From NCBI GenBank assembly GCA_002269645.1, contig NIVC01004246.1, positions 1 through 53,395 of the forward strand: a DNA stretch of 53,395 nucleotides. Reading direction: 5' to 3'. Shown one piece after another: positions 23,514-35,755 of this stretch. The position numbers were made by a program, and so were the translations under genes. The notes beneath the pieces are model-generated. The model saw only the letters and a list, made by a program, of their open reading frames with translations, made no database searches and was not told the DNA's origin. This DNA comes from Macrostomum lignano. Lineage: Eukaryota. The first letter of the stretch is position 1, and each line of letters opens with the position of its first letter.

Positions 23514-23694
23514 TGTAAGAGGCGTGAATGTTTTCGCTGTTGTGTGGTTGTTATTGGGTCGGAGTTATTCATCTGCAAATAATCGCGATGTACATTGATT
23601 GATGTACATTGCAAATATATAAATCGTTGCGCGTGGCTTTAGCCACTTCGTGTGTGTTTGGTCTCGCTTAACTCTCGCCTTCTCTCAGTTTACA
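23514..23694 (+). repeat. 3' LTR
   Basis: Matches the 5' LTR; followed by the GCTG duplication. Confidence 0.97.
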
Positions 23695-23990
23695 GCTGCA
23701 TTGGAGCTTGGCACCAGTACAACTCCAGTCAGAATGGCTGCATTGGAGCTTGGCACCAGTACAACTCCAGTCAGAATGGCTGCATTGGAGCTTGGCACCA
23801 GTACAACTCCAGTCAGAATGGCTGCATTGGAGCTTGGCACCAGTACAACTCCAGTCAGAATGGCTGCATTGGAGCTTGGCACCAGTACAACTCCAGTCAG
23901 AATGGCTGCATTGGAGCTTGGCACCAGTACAACTCCAGTCAGAATGGCTGCATTGGAGCTTGGCACCAGTACAACTCCAGTCAGAACGGC
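23695..23990. repeat. 42-bp minisatellite, right part (about 7 copies)
   Basis: Same unit as 18132-18735, resuming in register after the TSD. Confidence 0.97.
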
Positions 23991-24911
23991 TACAATGAAA
24001 AGAAGCGACTTCTCCCAAGCTTTCTGAGTCAATTTTGCATCGGAAGTGCGAGCGAATATATTTGCCAAATACGAATATTTTAATACAGCGTGTGTGAATA
24101 CATTCAAATACCTGTCAGTGCATGACTGCGCGAATTCTGACAAAATAGCAATATTTAAATCATTCAGAGCTCATTAAGCAAATTTAAACCTTATGCAATT
24201 CCGCACGAGTCAGAGATCTGGTTGGCCGAGCACTGCTCACCTGCCAGCTGGTTAGCAGGTAGGAAGGAGTTGATAGCAGACTCTAGTTACAGTTACACGT
24301 GAGTGAGTTAATACTGTCTTGTGTTGCAGTGCTGCTGCTATGCAATGATTCGAGATATTCGGAGTAAGAGCAGGTGCACGGGACACTGCCGGTAATAGTA
24401 CACTGTGTACTTCAGTCAATTAAAACTTCTAAATCCTAATATCCCATAGAATGCAGTTGCTTAATCATGCATCATCAGCCATTGTTGGCACCCACACGAG
24501 TGTTGTGCCCCACCCAACACCGAGCACTGCTGTGGCCTAACGGTAGGATGCGCTGTGCCCCAACCCACACCGAGCACTGCTGTGGCCTAACGGTAGGATG
24601 CTGTGTCCTCTCAATCGCAAGCACTTGCTTTTGTGTGCCAATTGAGGCTAAAGTTCAGATTCGGTGAATACAAAAAGTCGCTTCAATCAGCACCAAACAA
24701 GAGGCATTCGTTGTGGTGGCTTTGATTCAAAGAGTTTTTATTCATTCGCTGGAGTGCCTTAATGCGGCCGAGCAGTGCAGAGCAGGTGCAGAGGAGTTGG
24801 GGTGTCGGGGCAGATTCGACTCGGTTTGTGCGGGTCGAATGCGACTCGGCTGCAAGGGGCGGCAACGGCAAGGGCGGCTGTGGCAGCGGCGGCTGGTTCT
24901 GAAGTGCAAAT

Positions 24912-26042
24912 ATGAAAACGCGTCTGTATCCGTGTGTGCTGTTCAGGCTCGTTAACCTATTAGTTTTGATTAGAAGACCTATCGAGGACCATTCTACCGA
25001 GGACCATTCTACCGAGAAACATTCTACCGAGGACCATTCTACCGAGGACCATTCTACCGAGGACCATTCTACCGAGGACCATTCTACCGAGGACCATTCT
25101 ACCGAGGACCATTCTACCGAGGGCCATTCTACCGAGGACCATTCTACCGAGAAACATTCTACCGAGGGCCATTCTACCGAGGACCATTCTACCGAGAAAC
25201 ATTCTACCGAGAAACATTCTACCGAGGACCATTCTACCGAGGGCCATTCTACGGAGGACCATTCTACCGAAAAACATTCTACCGAGAAACATTCTACCGA
25301 GGACCATTCTACCGAGGGCCATTCTACGGAGGACCATTCTACCGAGAAACATTCTACCGAGAAACATTCTACCGAGGACCATTCTACCGAGGGCCATTCT
25401 ACGGAGGACCATTCTACCGAAAAACATTCTACCGAGGACCATTCTACCGAGGACCATTCTACCGAGGACCATTCTACCGAAAAACATTCTACCGAGGACC
25501 ATTCTACCGAAAAACATTCTACCGAGGACCATTCTACCGAGGGCCATTCTACGGAGGACCATTCTACCGAAAAACATTCTACCGAGGACCATTCTACCGA
25601 GGACCATTCTACCGAAAAACATTCTACCGAGGGCCATTCTACCGAGGAACATTCTACCGAGGACCATTCTACCGAGGGCCATTCTACCGAGGAACATTCT
25701 ACCGAAAAACATTCTACCGAGGGCCATTCTACCGAGGGCCATTCTACCGAGAAACATTCTACCGAGGACCATTCTACCGAGGACCATTCTACCGAAAAAC
25801 ATTCTACCGAGGGCCATTCTACCGAGAAACATTCTACCGAGAAACATTCTACCGAGGAACATTCTACCGAGGACCATTCTACCGAGGGCCATTCTACCGA
25901 GGACCATTCTACCGAAAAACATTCTACCGAGGGCCATTCTACCGAGGAACATTCTACCGAGGACCATTCTACCGAGGGCCATTCTACCGAGGGCCATTCT
26001 ACAGAGGACCATTCTACCGAGGACCTTTATGATTGTCCATGA
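24912..26042 (+). CDS. Candidate (D/K/G/E)HSTE repeat protein; may be a non-coding 15-bp minisatellite
   Basis: ATG, hydrophobic N-terminus, about 69 uninterrupted GAG-NNN-CAT-TCT-ACC units, TGA. No expression evidence. Confidence 0.3.
   Translation: MKTRLYPCVLFRLVNLLVLIRRPIEDHSTEDHSTEKHSTEDHSTEDHSTEDHSTEDHSTEDHSTEDHSTEGHSTEDHSTEKHSTEGHSTEDHSTEKHSTEKHSTEDHSTEGHSTEDHSTEKHSTEKHSTEDHSTEGHSTEDHSTEKHSTEKHSTEDHSTEGHSTEDHSTEKHSTEDHSTEDHSTEDHSTEKHSTEDHSTEKHSTEDHSTEGHSTEDHSTEKHSTEDHSTEDHSTEKHSTEGHSTEEHSTEDHSTEGHSTEEHSTEKHSTEGHSTEGHSTEKHSTEDHSTEDHSTEKHSTEGHSTEKHSTEKHSTEEHSTEDHSTEGHSTEDHSTEKHSTEGHSTEEHSTEDHSTEGHSTEGHSTEDHSTEDLYDCP
24982..26027. repeat. 15-bp variant minisatellite
   Basis: Unit GAGGACCATTCTACC with GAAAAA, GAGAAA, GAGGGC and GAGGAA variants. 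Confidence 0.97.
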
Positions 26043-26523
26043 CAGGCAGCAGAGTATATGAAGGACCATTGCCAGTAATTAATTCAGTAATCTGCTCTCA
26101 GTTTGGGTCTTGAAATGTGAAAATTGCGAGCACACTACTAACAAGTAGCATGGCACGGACGGCTGAACCAGCGCAACAGTTGCGAGTCGGGGATTTGTCG
26201 TCAGCGGGTGGCAAAGACGGCACGGCACGCGGGCTGAAGTTTCATCGAAAGGTCATCGAAAAAACGCTCGGGCGGGCAGCCAGACAGCGGATTGCGCAGC
26301 TGCGGCGCTCGCCACTTGTACTTTTACCACGAGATACTTCCGCCAGTCGCAGCTGATTCCCCTCTGGCGGCTGGGGCAGGGGAGGCCATTTCGCGCTTCA
26401 GCCATTTCGCTCCCGATGAAAAAGAACAGGTTTGGCGGCTGCGGCAGACTTCGCAGTTTTATACCTGTCTGTCTGTCTGAATGCATCGAATCAAGAGGGC
26501 AACAGGAGCATTTACCTTCGGGG

Positions 26524-26822
26524 TCACGGAGCGGCTTCGCTGGCCGCCTCAGACAGGCCAGAGTCCAGCTGATGCAGCCCGGTGAGGCTGGACAGGTCTT
26601 CAACTATTGCCTCCATCCTGGCTGGCGGTGTTGAGTCCTTGTTCTTCAGGATACTGTGCTGCTGGGGCGGCTGCTGCTGGGGCGGCTGCTGGGCCGCGGG
26701 GGCTCGGGGAAACTCGGGGCTGGGGGTCGCCGAGGTTGGCGAGGTGGCCGCGGCGGATCTCGACAGGAGGCGCTTGGACTCTGGGGTTGGTAGCGGCGAG
26801 TTTGGGGAAGATGGGAGGAGAG
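26524..26822 (-). CDS. Shab: Kv2/Shab channel, probable terminal exon 4
   Basis: ctccccag acceptor in phase 1 matches the exon 3 donor; Ser/Pro/Gln-rich frame ending at TGA. Confidence 0.65.
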
Positions 26823-26913
26823 CTGGGGAGTGAAAGTGCATGGGAATGAATTCTCAGAAGAGGAAACAGATGGATACAGATAGCTGAGGTCTGTCTGTGC
26901 GTCCGCGTGTCAC

Positions 26914-27212
<299 letters not shown>

Positions 27213-28039
27213 CTTAGTGCTTTAGTGTCTACCTGCCTGTATAAAAGAGCTTCTCAGATATCTAAAATAAAAATTTGATTCATTAAATAAATTGGCGGAA
27301 CAGTTTAAACAGAGTAGAGCAGTAAACTAACAGGTTGACGATAAGAAAACTCATGCTCAAGCTGCAGTATTTTAAATATTAAAGTGTGCGCTGCACTTGA
27401 CTGAGGTTGGCCCCAGCGCGAGCTTGCGAGAGGACTGAGGGCTGCTGCGCCCCCCCCCCCCCCGGTTCCGTCTGGTTCCGGGCGGGAGGCCCAGAGTCCT
27501 GCACTCTTTGCAACTGCAGCCACATTCGCTGGCAGTAAATTTGCCGGCCAGCTGAGCTGCCGCTCGCCCTCTGAGGGGAGAGAATTATCATTTTTCTCAG
27601 CCAGGCCGGCAATTGATGCAGCTGCAGCTCTGAAGAAGCCGCCTCTCAAAGTCAGGGAATCCGGCAGACCCTCCGGCAGCCCCGGGTCTCTCGGATAACA
27701 AGGGCGGGCATAATTAATCAGCTGCTCGAGACCAGCGCTAAAGCAACTGCTGGGCTGTTCGGGGGCGGCTGGGCTGGGGTCGAGTCCGAGCCCAGCGCCC
27801 CCAGCGCCTCATCTGGTGGCCAGACGGCTGCTGCCTCCTCGAGGGCGGCGCGATTTGTCAGCCCGGCTGCCACAGGCTGCTGCCCGGCGGGACAAGCCGG
27901 GCCGGTTGAAGGCAAGAAAAAAGAAACATGGAATGAGAGGGCCTGACACTGCGGTGGCGCTAATGGGCGGCCGAATCTGCTGCCTTGGCCGCGAGAGACG
28001 GGCAGCGGCCGGTCAAAAAACCGCCTGCGGCTGCCTGCG

Positions 28040-29235
28040 TTCAGATAGGCGAGAGTGAGATGGGGGTGGTGAGAGTGAGATGGGGGTGGTGAGAGTGAGA
28101 TGGAGGTGGTGATTGTAAGATGGAGGCAGTGAGAGTGAGATGGAGGTGGTGAGAGTGAGGTGGAGGCAGTGAGAGTGAGATGGGGGTGGTGAGAGTGAGA
28201 TGGAGGTGGTGAGAGTGAGATGGAGGTGGTGAGAGTGAGATGGAGGTGGTGAGAGTGAGATGGAGGTGGTGAGAATGAGATGGAGGTGGTGAGAGTGAGA
28301 TGGAGGTGGTGAGAGTGAGATGGAGGTGGTGAGAGTGAGGTGGAGGCAGTGAGAGTGAGATGGAGGCAGTGAGAGTGAGATGAAGGTGGTGAGAGTGAGA
28401 TGGAGGTGGTGAGAGTGAGATGGAGGTGGTGAGAGTGAGATGGAGGTGGTGAGAGTGAGATGGAGGTGGTGAGAGTGAGGTGGAGGCAGTGAGAGTGAGA
28501 TGGAGGCAGTGAGAGTGAGATGGAGGCAGTGAGAGTGAGATGGAGGTGGTGAGAGTGAGATAGAGGCGGTAAGACTGAGATGGAGGCGGTGAGAGTGAGA
28601 TGGAGGCGGTGAGACTGAGATGGAGGCAGTGAAAGTGAGATGGAGGCGGTGAAAGGGAGATGGATGTTGTGAGAGTGAGATGGAGGCGGTGAGACTGAGA
28701 TAGAGGCGATGAGAGTGAGGTGGAGGTGGTGATAGTAAGATGGAGGCAGTGAGAGTGAGATGGAGGTGGTGAGAGTGAGATGGAGGCAGTGAAAGATAGA
28801 TGGAGGCAGTGAGAGTGAGATGGAGGCAGTGAGAGTGAGATGGAGGCAGTGAGAGTGAGATGGAGGCGGTGAGAGTGAGATGGAGGCGGTGAAAATGAGA
28901 TGGAGGTGGTGAGAGTGAGAGTGAGATGGAGGCAGTGAGAGTAAGATGGAGGCGGTGAGACTGAGATGGAGGCGGTGAGACTGAGATGGAGACAGTGAGA
29001 GTGAGATGGAGGCAGTGAGAGTAAGATGGGGGTGGTGAGAGTGAGATGGAGACTGTGAGAGTGAGATGGAGGCAGTGAGAGTAAGATGGAGGCAGTGAGA
29101 GCAAGATGGAGGCGGTGAGTGAAATGGAGGCGGTGAGGGTGAAACGGAGGTGGAAAAAGTGAGATGGAGGCGGTGAGAGTGAGATGGAGGCGATGAGAGT
29201 GAGATGGGGTGGTGAAAGTGAAACGGGAGTGGTGG
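28040..29235. repeat. Purine-rich ~20-bp minisatellite
   Basis: Unit GAGAGTGAGATGGAGGTGGT / ...GGCAGT. Confidence 0.95.
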
Positions 29236-30368
29236 GGAGTGTTGTTGGTGCTAAAAATGACAATGGGTTCAGTCAAAGCCATGCAAAAGTAGTAAAACAT
29301 TCATTCCTACACAGAAAATACTGCGAATTCAAACTATACTAATTTAATGAACCGAAGTGAAATACTACTTAGCAACTAGCAGCCTCATTACCTGGGATTT
29401 GTCATCGAGGTATCGCAAGGTGAGATAAAAAATGTCTGAACTGCTACAAATGAAATGCAGGCCACAACAGTTCATTATTAAATCACTGGGAAGGAGTGCT
29501 CAGGGTGCTGCACAGCCTGAACTCGCTGACAAAGAAAAGCATTTCCACGGCATTCAGAAAAGTAAAAAATAACTCGAATAGTTGAGCATTTCTATGAAAC
29601 TGTTTACTGCTAGTGCAGGTAAGATTAGATAGAGAGGAAAGTTGCCTACTACTCGTGCACTGTGCTGACAGTGCCTGTAGCTGTCTATCACTGCCTACTA
29701 GACTGTGCTGACAGTGCCTGTAGCTGTCTATCACTGCTTCGATACCTCAAACGAAGGCTGTCGGGTTGCGTCTGCCCAGCAAAGATTTTCTCTCTGAGGT
29801 TGGCGGCGACATGAAATTGGGAGGGCGGTGGCGGGCAGGCTGCGGTAGACAGGACTTACCGAGAAGTATCTGGCGTTAGAATTTGAAAACATTGTTTCCA
29901 AAAATTATTTACGGTGCAGTTTCACAGAAATAAACTTGCAAAAATAAGCGTTTTCGCTGGATTTGCAACTCTCAAAAGCGCAGCAAGTGAGAAATGCGCA
30001 GATTGCGTGCTATAAAGCGGAACAGCTCGCGTTCCACATCTCGCCAATGCGCCGCTGGAAACGCGAACGCGGTGTGGCAAGTTTTGTTGTAAATTTTCCG
30101 CGAATTGGAGGCGTGGCGCGCTGCTAATTAAGCAGTCCGTGAGCAGCTCAAACTCAAACTCTGCTTTTAGAAGCAGACGCAGGCGGCAGGCAGACGGGCG
30201 AAGTTAGTCAGTTAAGATCGGGCTCAAAAGCACTCAAATGTGAACATGATAAAAATATGGGGGGCAGGAAAAAGTGCACAAACTCGCTCAGCTGCCCCAA
30301 TCAGCATGAGATGCCGAATCGAACCTGAGCTCGAGTTGCAGAACTGCCCACAGCTTCTCCTGTCTTAC

Positions 30369-31023
30369 CTGGCGAGTCCGCCGTCATCTGCAGCTCTTTC
30401 TTGGCGGAGTTCTTGAATCGCTCCCGCAGGGTCGGCTTCTTCTTCGGCTGGCCCGCCGGCGGCAGTGGCGGCTGCAGCGGCGACATCGGCGACGTCGACT
30501 GCGGCGGTGGCGTCTGCAGCTCCTCGTCCTCGGCGGCGAAGTGGATTTTCTCTCGCCGAGGCGGCAGCCGCTGCGGTGGCACCGGCGACTGCTGGCAGGC
30601 GGGACAGCTGGCGGGGCTCAGGGACAGGCTGGGGCTCTGGTTGTTGGACCGGCCCGGCGCCACCGCGGTCGAGCAGGTGGTGGCCGTGGCCGAGGAGTCG
30701 CTGCGGTCCCTGTGGCTGCTGCTGGCCGGCGGACCTGGCGGTGGCTGCGGCTGCGGCGGCTCCACCGGCGAGCTGGGCGCGTGGCTGTTGCAGGTGAGAA
30801 AGCTGTCCGAGCTGGCCAGACTGTGGCTGTGGCTGGCCAGGCCTGCTGTCCGGCCGGCTGCGGCCGCTGCGGCTGCGGCTGCTGCTGAGCTGAGGCTCCT
30901 GGTGAGGCTGGACTCGCGGCTGGGCAGCAGCTGCTGTTGCTGCTGCGATTGTGGCTGCTGATGCTGCTGAAAGCGCGAGGCGCCGCGGCAGTTTTCGTCC
31001 TCGGAGTCGATGTAGAGAATTTC
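30369..31023 (-). CDS. Shab: Kv2/Shab channel exon 3 (cytoplasmic tail with PRC-like motif)
   Basis: tttccag acceptor; the frame is open from EILYIDSEDEN to LQMTADSP; G|GTAAG donor. The ORF track shows only its 3' part (from 30765). Confidence 0.82.
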
Positions 31024-31156
31024 CTGGAAATGAGGGAGGCACTTGTTAATGGGGGGTTGTGGCAGGGCGGAGTATGTTTTCCCTGCCCTAGAAGACCTCG
31101 GCTCGAGTCCAGGCCGAGCAATTCGCTCCCAAAGCCATTCAGTCAGCGACCCTCAC

Positions 31157-32398
31157 CGCTGCACCGAGACTTGCCGCTGTCGCCTGCTGCTGGTTCGCTG
31201 GGCCCAGGCGGCCGCTCCGTAGCCAGGAGGTCCTGAGCTCGCGCCCCCCGTCGGCCAATTCAAGCGACCCGGTCGTCCCAATTTCGCCAGCGGGGTCTTC
31301 GGCGACCCCCCGGCCAGCCACCGGGTTCTGGAAGCAGACGAGCGGCTCCAGCTCGTGCTGGTGGTGCTGATGGTGCTGGTGGTGCTGGTGATGCTGGTGC
31401 TGTAGCAGGTGCTGCTGGTGCCGATCCGAGCAGCCGCCGGAGCTGCCGCCGCTGACCCTGTCCGGGCCGATGGCGGGCCCGGTTGCAGTGGAGGCGCCGC
31501 CGCCGGCGCTGCCGCTCTCGTGGCTGGCGCGGCGCCTGATGCCAGCCACTGAGGCGACGGAGATGAGGCTGCCCTTCCGCTTGGCGGCATCGATGGCCTC
31601 CATGCGGCGCTGGGCCTTCTCCCGGCGAGACTGCTCCTTGTAGTACTCGGCGAAGTTGTTCACGATGATGGGGATGGGCAGCGCCACCACCAGCACGCCG
31701 CAGATGCAGCAGACGCTGCCCACCAGCTTGCCCAGGAAGGTCTTCGGCACGATGTCGCCGTAGCCAACGGTTGTCATGGTGATGGCGGCCCACCAGAAGG
31801 TGGCGGGAATCGACTTAAACGGGTTGGGCCGGTCGCCCTCGCCCGGCTCGTCCTTCTCGGCGAAGTAGGCGAGGCTGGAGAAGAGCAGCACGCCGAGCAG
31901 GACGAACATGATGAGCAGGCCGAGCTCCTTGTAGCTGCGCCGCAGCGTGTAGCCCAGCGACTGCAGGCCGGTGGAGTGGCGCGCGAGCTTCAGCACCCGC
32001 AGGATGCGCAGTATGCGGAAGATCTGGACGATCTTGCGCACCGAGGTCAGCGAGTTGTAGGACTCGCCGCCGCTATCGTCCTGGAGGCTGCGCATGAGGA
32101 TGAGGGACAGGTAGTAGGGCACGATGGCGATCAGGTCGATCACGTTCATCGGGCCCTTCAGGAACTTGCAGGTGTCAGGCGAGGCCCAGAGGCGCAGCAC
32201 GTACTCCAGGGTGAACCACACGATGCAGACGGCCTCCACAATCTCCAGGCGGGGGTTGTCCTCCAGGCTCCACACAACCTGCGCGCTGCTGTTGGTGCCC
32301 ACCACCTTCGTCTGGTTCAGCTGCAGCTCCGGGATGGTGTTGAGCGTCAGGCCGACCGTGGACAGCACGATGAACAGGATGGAGATGATGGCCACAAC
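31157..32398 (-). CDS. Shab: Kv2/Shab channel exon 2 (S1-S6 and pore)
   Basis: S4 [23 protein letters not shown], pore [15 protein letters not shown]6 LPIPIIV; cag acceptor and GCG|GTGAG donor, both phase 0. Confidence 0.95.
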
Positions 32399-33885
32399 CT
32401 GCGGAGGCGGCAAGGGAGCCACATCACTGCAATCAAGCGGCCGGGTTCACTTGGAGGACACGGAGTGACTACATTCAGAAAATAACTGTCGTGCAGAAAG
32501 TACTTTAACCAGATGACAGCGCACTCAGAAATCAACCAGACAGACTTGAATTCGCCAACTCAACGCAGAGGAAGGCATGCGACAGTTTCGCTAAAGTAAA
32601 ATTAATCAAATATTTACATGGGAATGTACTGGGTGCTAATGCATAGGACACCAATAAATCAATAAAATGGATTGCTAATCTAGTCAACAATGATGCACAA
32701 TGACAGAAAAAAATGATTGGCTTTGATCTTGCCCGTTCACACTAAGAAGATTTGCATGTCATGCGGAGCGTCTTCACAAACTCTTTAGTAACTTTTTATG
32801 CCACAGGCAATCAGAATTTGAGCGCGGTTTATCCCGGCTTCTGGCCGTTTCGAGAACCCCCTGCATCAATCAAAAAACTGCTCCGCTTTCACCGCAGTCG
32901 GTTAGCAACTCTGCTGGTCTCCAGCTCGCTGATTTAAAACTCAGTTTCACCTCCCTGCCTCTCCTTCCTCTGCATCCCCTCTCCAGTTGCGGACCCTCGG
33001 CCTCAGGCCCTGCCGGAGACCGGAAAAAGTTTGGGCGGAGGGCGTTTCTAAGAAATTGCGTCCTCGGCCGCCGCTCGCAGCTCCTCATCTCGGCCACCCC
33101 CCCCCCCAGCAACTGCAGCCGCCGGGCCGCAAACCCGCCTGCCTTCCAAGCACTTTTACCAGCTCCGGCCGTCAAAGTCAGAGCTGGGAGGCTGAGCAGT
33201 TATTGAGATGGAGATTTTTCAATTGCCTGCCGCAGCCTCTCGTTAGGCCTGTCGATAAGCTGCATCGCGGCTGAGCTCTTGCAGCCTCCGAAAATCCCTC
33301 TGCCTAGCGGGCTGCCCCTTTTTTCCTCAAAGTGAGCAAAGATTTTCCTCAATAAAGGAGCTGCTCAAAAGCTCAGCCGGGGCTGATGAGGCGGATGCAT
33401 TGCATCGGGCCGCTCTGGAGTCTCCGATATCCGCGCGCGGTGCGCCTAATTTATAGCTGGGGCCCCCAGCAGCTCCCGGAAACCGATCGATATTTGCAGA
33501 GGCACCCCAGCTGCCCTGAGAGCCGCCGGCTTGCAAAATGCATTCCACACTGAACAGTTCAAGACAAAACGGATGCCGGATGAATAGAAAAAACAGCTAT
33601 GAAGCCACACCGACACGGAACTCAACAGAAAGTGAAAATAAATTGCACGGAAAACGAATCTTATCCGATTGACAGTTAAGCACAGGAATTATAAATGAGC
33701 TCCGTTTCTGCTGACTCCTTCTGAGTAATAAATAAATCAGATAGGCGTGACAGAAAATCATTTGCATGGTGACTGGGCCTCGGGTGGGTTTCCATGGTTA
33801 CCTGGTGCGTTTTCACGATTCTTTTCGTTGTGGCGTCATCCTTATGTGAGGATAAATCAAGTAGGCGAATATAGAACAGGCCAGT

Positions 33886-33978
33886 CTGCTGTCATGTCTG
33901 CTGTCATGTCTGCTGTCATGTCTGCTGTCATGTCTGCTGTCATGTCTGCTGTCATGTCTGCTGTCATGTCTGCTGTCA
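33886..33978. repeat. 12-bp tandem repeat
   Basis: (TCTGCTGTCATG)n. Confidence 0.95.
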
Positions 33979-34009
33979 TGTCTGCTGTCATGTCTGCTTT
34001 CAATGTGTT

Positions 34010-34503
34010 CTGGGTGTCAGGGTGCCCTGTCTGGTGTCAGGGTGTCCTGTCTGGTGTCAGGGTGTCCTGTCTGGTGTCAGGGTGTCCTGTCTGGTGTCAG
34101 GGTGTCCTGTCTGGTGTCAGGGTGTCCTGTCTGGTGTCATTGAGTCCTGTCTGGTGTCAGGGTGTCCTGTCTGGTGTCATTGAGTCCTGTCTGGTGTCAG
34201 GGTGTCCTGTCTGGTGTCAGGGTGTCCTGTCTGGTGTCAGGGTGTCCTGTCTGGTGTCAGGGTGTCCTGTCTGGTGTCATTGAGTCCTGTCTGGTGTCAG
34301 GGTGTCCTGTCTGGTGTCATTGAGTCCTGTCTGGTGTCAGGGTGTCCTGTCTGGTGTCAGGGTGTCCTGTCTGGTGTCATTGAGTCCTGTCTGGTGTCAG
34401 GGTGTCCTGTCTGGTGTCAGGGTGTCCTGTCTGGTGTCATTGAGTCCTGTCTGGTGTCAGGGTGTCCTGTCTGGTGTCATTGAGTCCTGTCTGGTGTCAG
34501 GGT
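34010..34503. repeat. 20-bp minisatellite with two variants
   Basis: GGGTGTCCTGTCTGGTGTCA and TTGAGTCCTGTCTGGTGTCA. Confidence 0.95.
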
Positions 34504-34949
34504 CACAGCCAAATGCATTCAAGTCATACCAATATAATTTCACAGCCACTTCTCAAAACCCTTGGGGTAGCAGGTTGGAGCTGGTGGAGTCCCGGCCCGG
34601 TTGGCTCTCAGAAAGATTTGCTGCAATAAAATTCCTACACGGTGACACGAAAGCCACTAAAGGGGAGGCAGCGGGCGCGCTCAAATCCCAAGTGCTGACG
34701 ATGCAGCTAATTAATAATTAATGAGGCAAACGAAGCAGTTGACGACGACAAATCTGGCTGATAACCCGGCCACCAGAAATCCCTGCGAATTCCGACATTT
34801 TCCTGTCGACTCACGGAGTGACCTGCCTGGTGATAAGCCAGTGCCTGCACGGGCAATGGGCCTGGGGGAGGGGGCTGCCCCTGGATGTGGCTGCGACTGG
34901 GAATGGAAAAGACAGATGGGAAAGCAGGGTTGAGACTTGGCTGGGCAGA

Positions 34950-35755
34950 GCTGGGAGAGATAAGACACTGTGAGAGAATAGAGCTTGGAGAGATGAGATA
35001 CTGGGAGAGAAAAGAGCTGGGAGAGTTGAGACACTGGGAGAGATGAGACACTGGGGGAGATGAGACACTGGGAGAGATGAGACACTGGGAGAGATGAGAC
35101 ACTGGGAGAGATGAGACACTGGGAGAGATGAGACACTGGGAGATATAAGACACTGGGGGAGATGAGACACTGGGAGAGATGAGACACTGGGAGAGATGAG
35201 ACACTGGGAGAGATGAGACACTGGGAGAGATGAGACACTGGGAGATATAAGACACTGGGAGAGATGAGACACTGGGAGAGATAAGACACTGGGGGAGAAG
35301 ACACACTGGGAGAGATGAGACACTGGGAGAGATAAGACACTGGGGGAGATAAGACACTGGGAGAGATAAGACACTGGGAGAGATAAGACACTGGGAGAGA
35401 TGAGACACTGGGAGAGATGAGACACTGGGAGAGATGAGACACTGGGAGAGATGAGACACTGGGAGAGATGAGACACTGGGAGAGATGAGACACTGGGAGA
35501 GATGAGGCACTGGGAGAGATGAGGCACTGGGAGAGATGAGGCACTGGGAGAGATGAGGCACTGGGAGAGATGAGACACTGGGAGAGATGAGGCACTGGGA
35601 GAGATGAGGCACTGGGAGAGATGAGACACTGGGAGAGATGAGACACTGGGAGAGATGAGACACTGGGAGAGATAAGACACTGGGAGAGATAAGACACTGG
35701 GAGAGATAAGACACTGGGAGAGATAAGACACTGGGAGAGATAAGACACTGGGGGA
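34950..35755. repeat. 17-bp minisatellite
   Basis: Unit GACACTGGGAGAGATGA. Confidence 0.96.

Larger units (their letters stand above)
18736..23694 (+). mobile_element. Full-length Ty3/Gypsy LTR retrotransposon (4959 bp)
   Basis: Two 181-bp LTRs (TGTAA...TTACA), 4-bp TSD GCTG at 18732-18735 and 23695-23698, gag, and pol in PR-RT-RH-IN order. Confidence 0.98.

Noticed and set aside
29855-29875. Possible 10-nt microexon (ccag|ATACTTCTCG|gtaagt) in Kv2 intron 3
   Set aside because: It would break the frame between exons 3 and 4, and the branch-like CTAAC lies too close to the AG.
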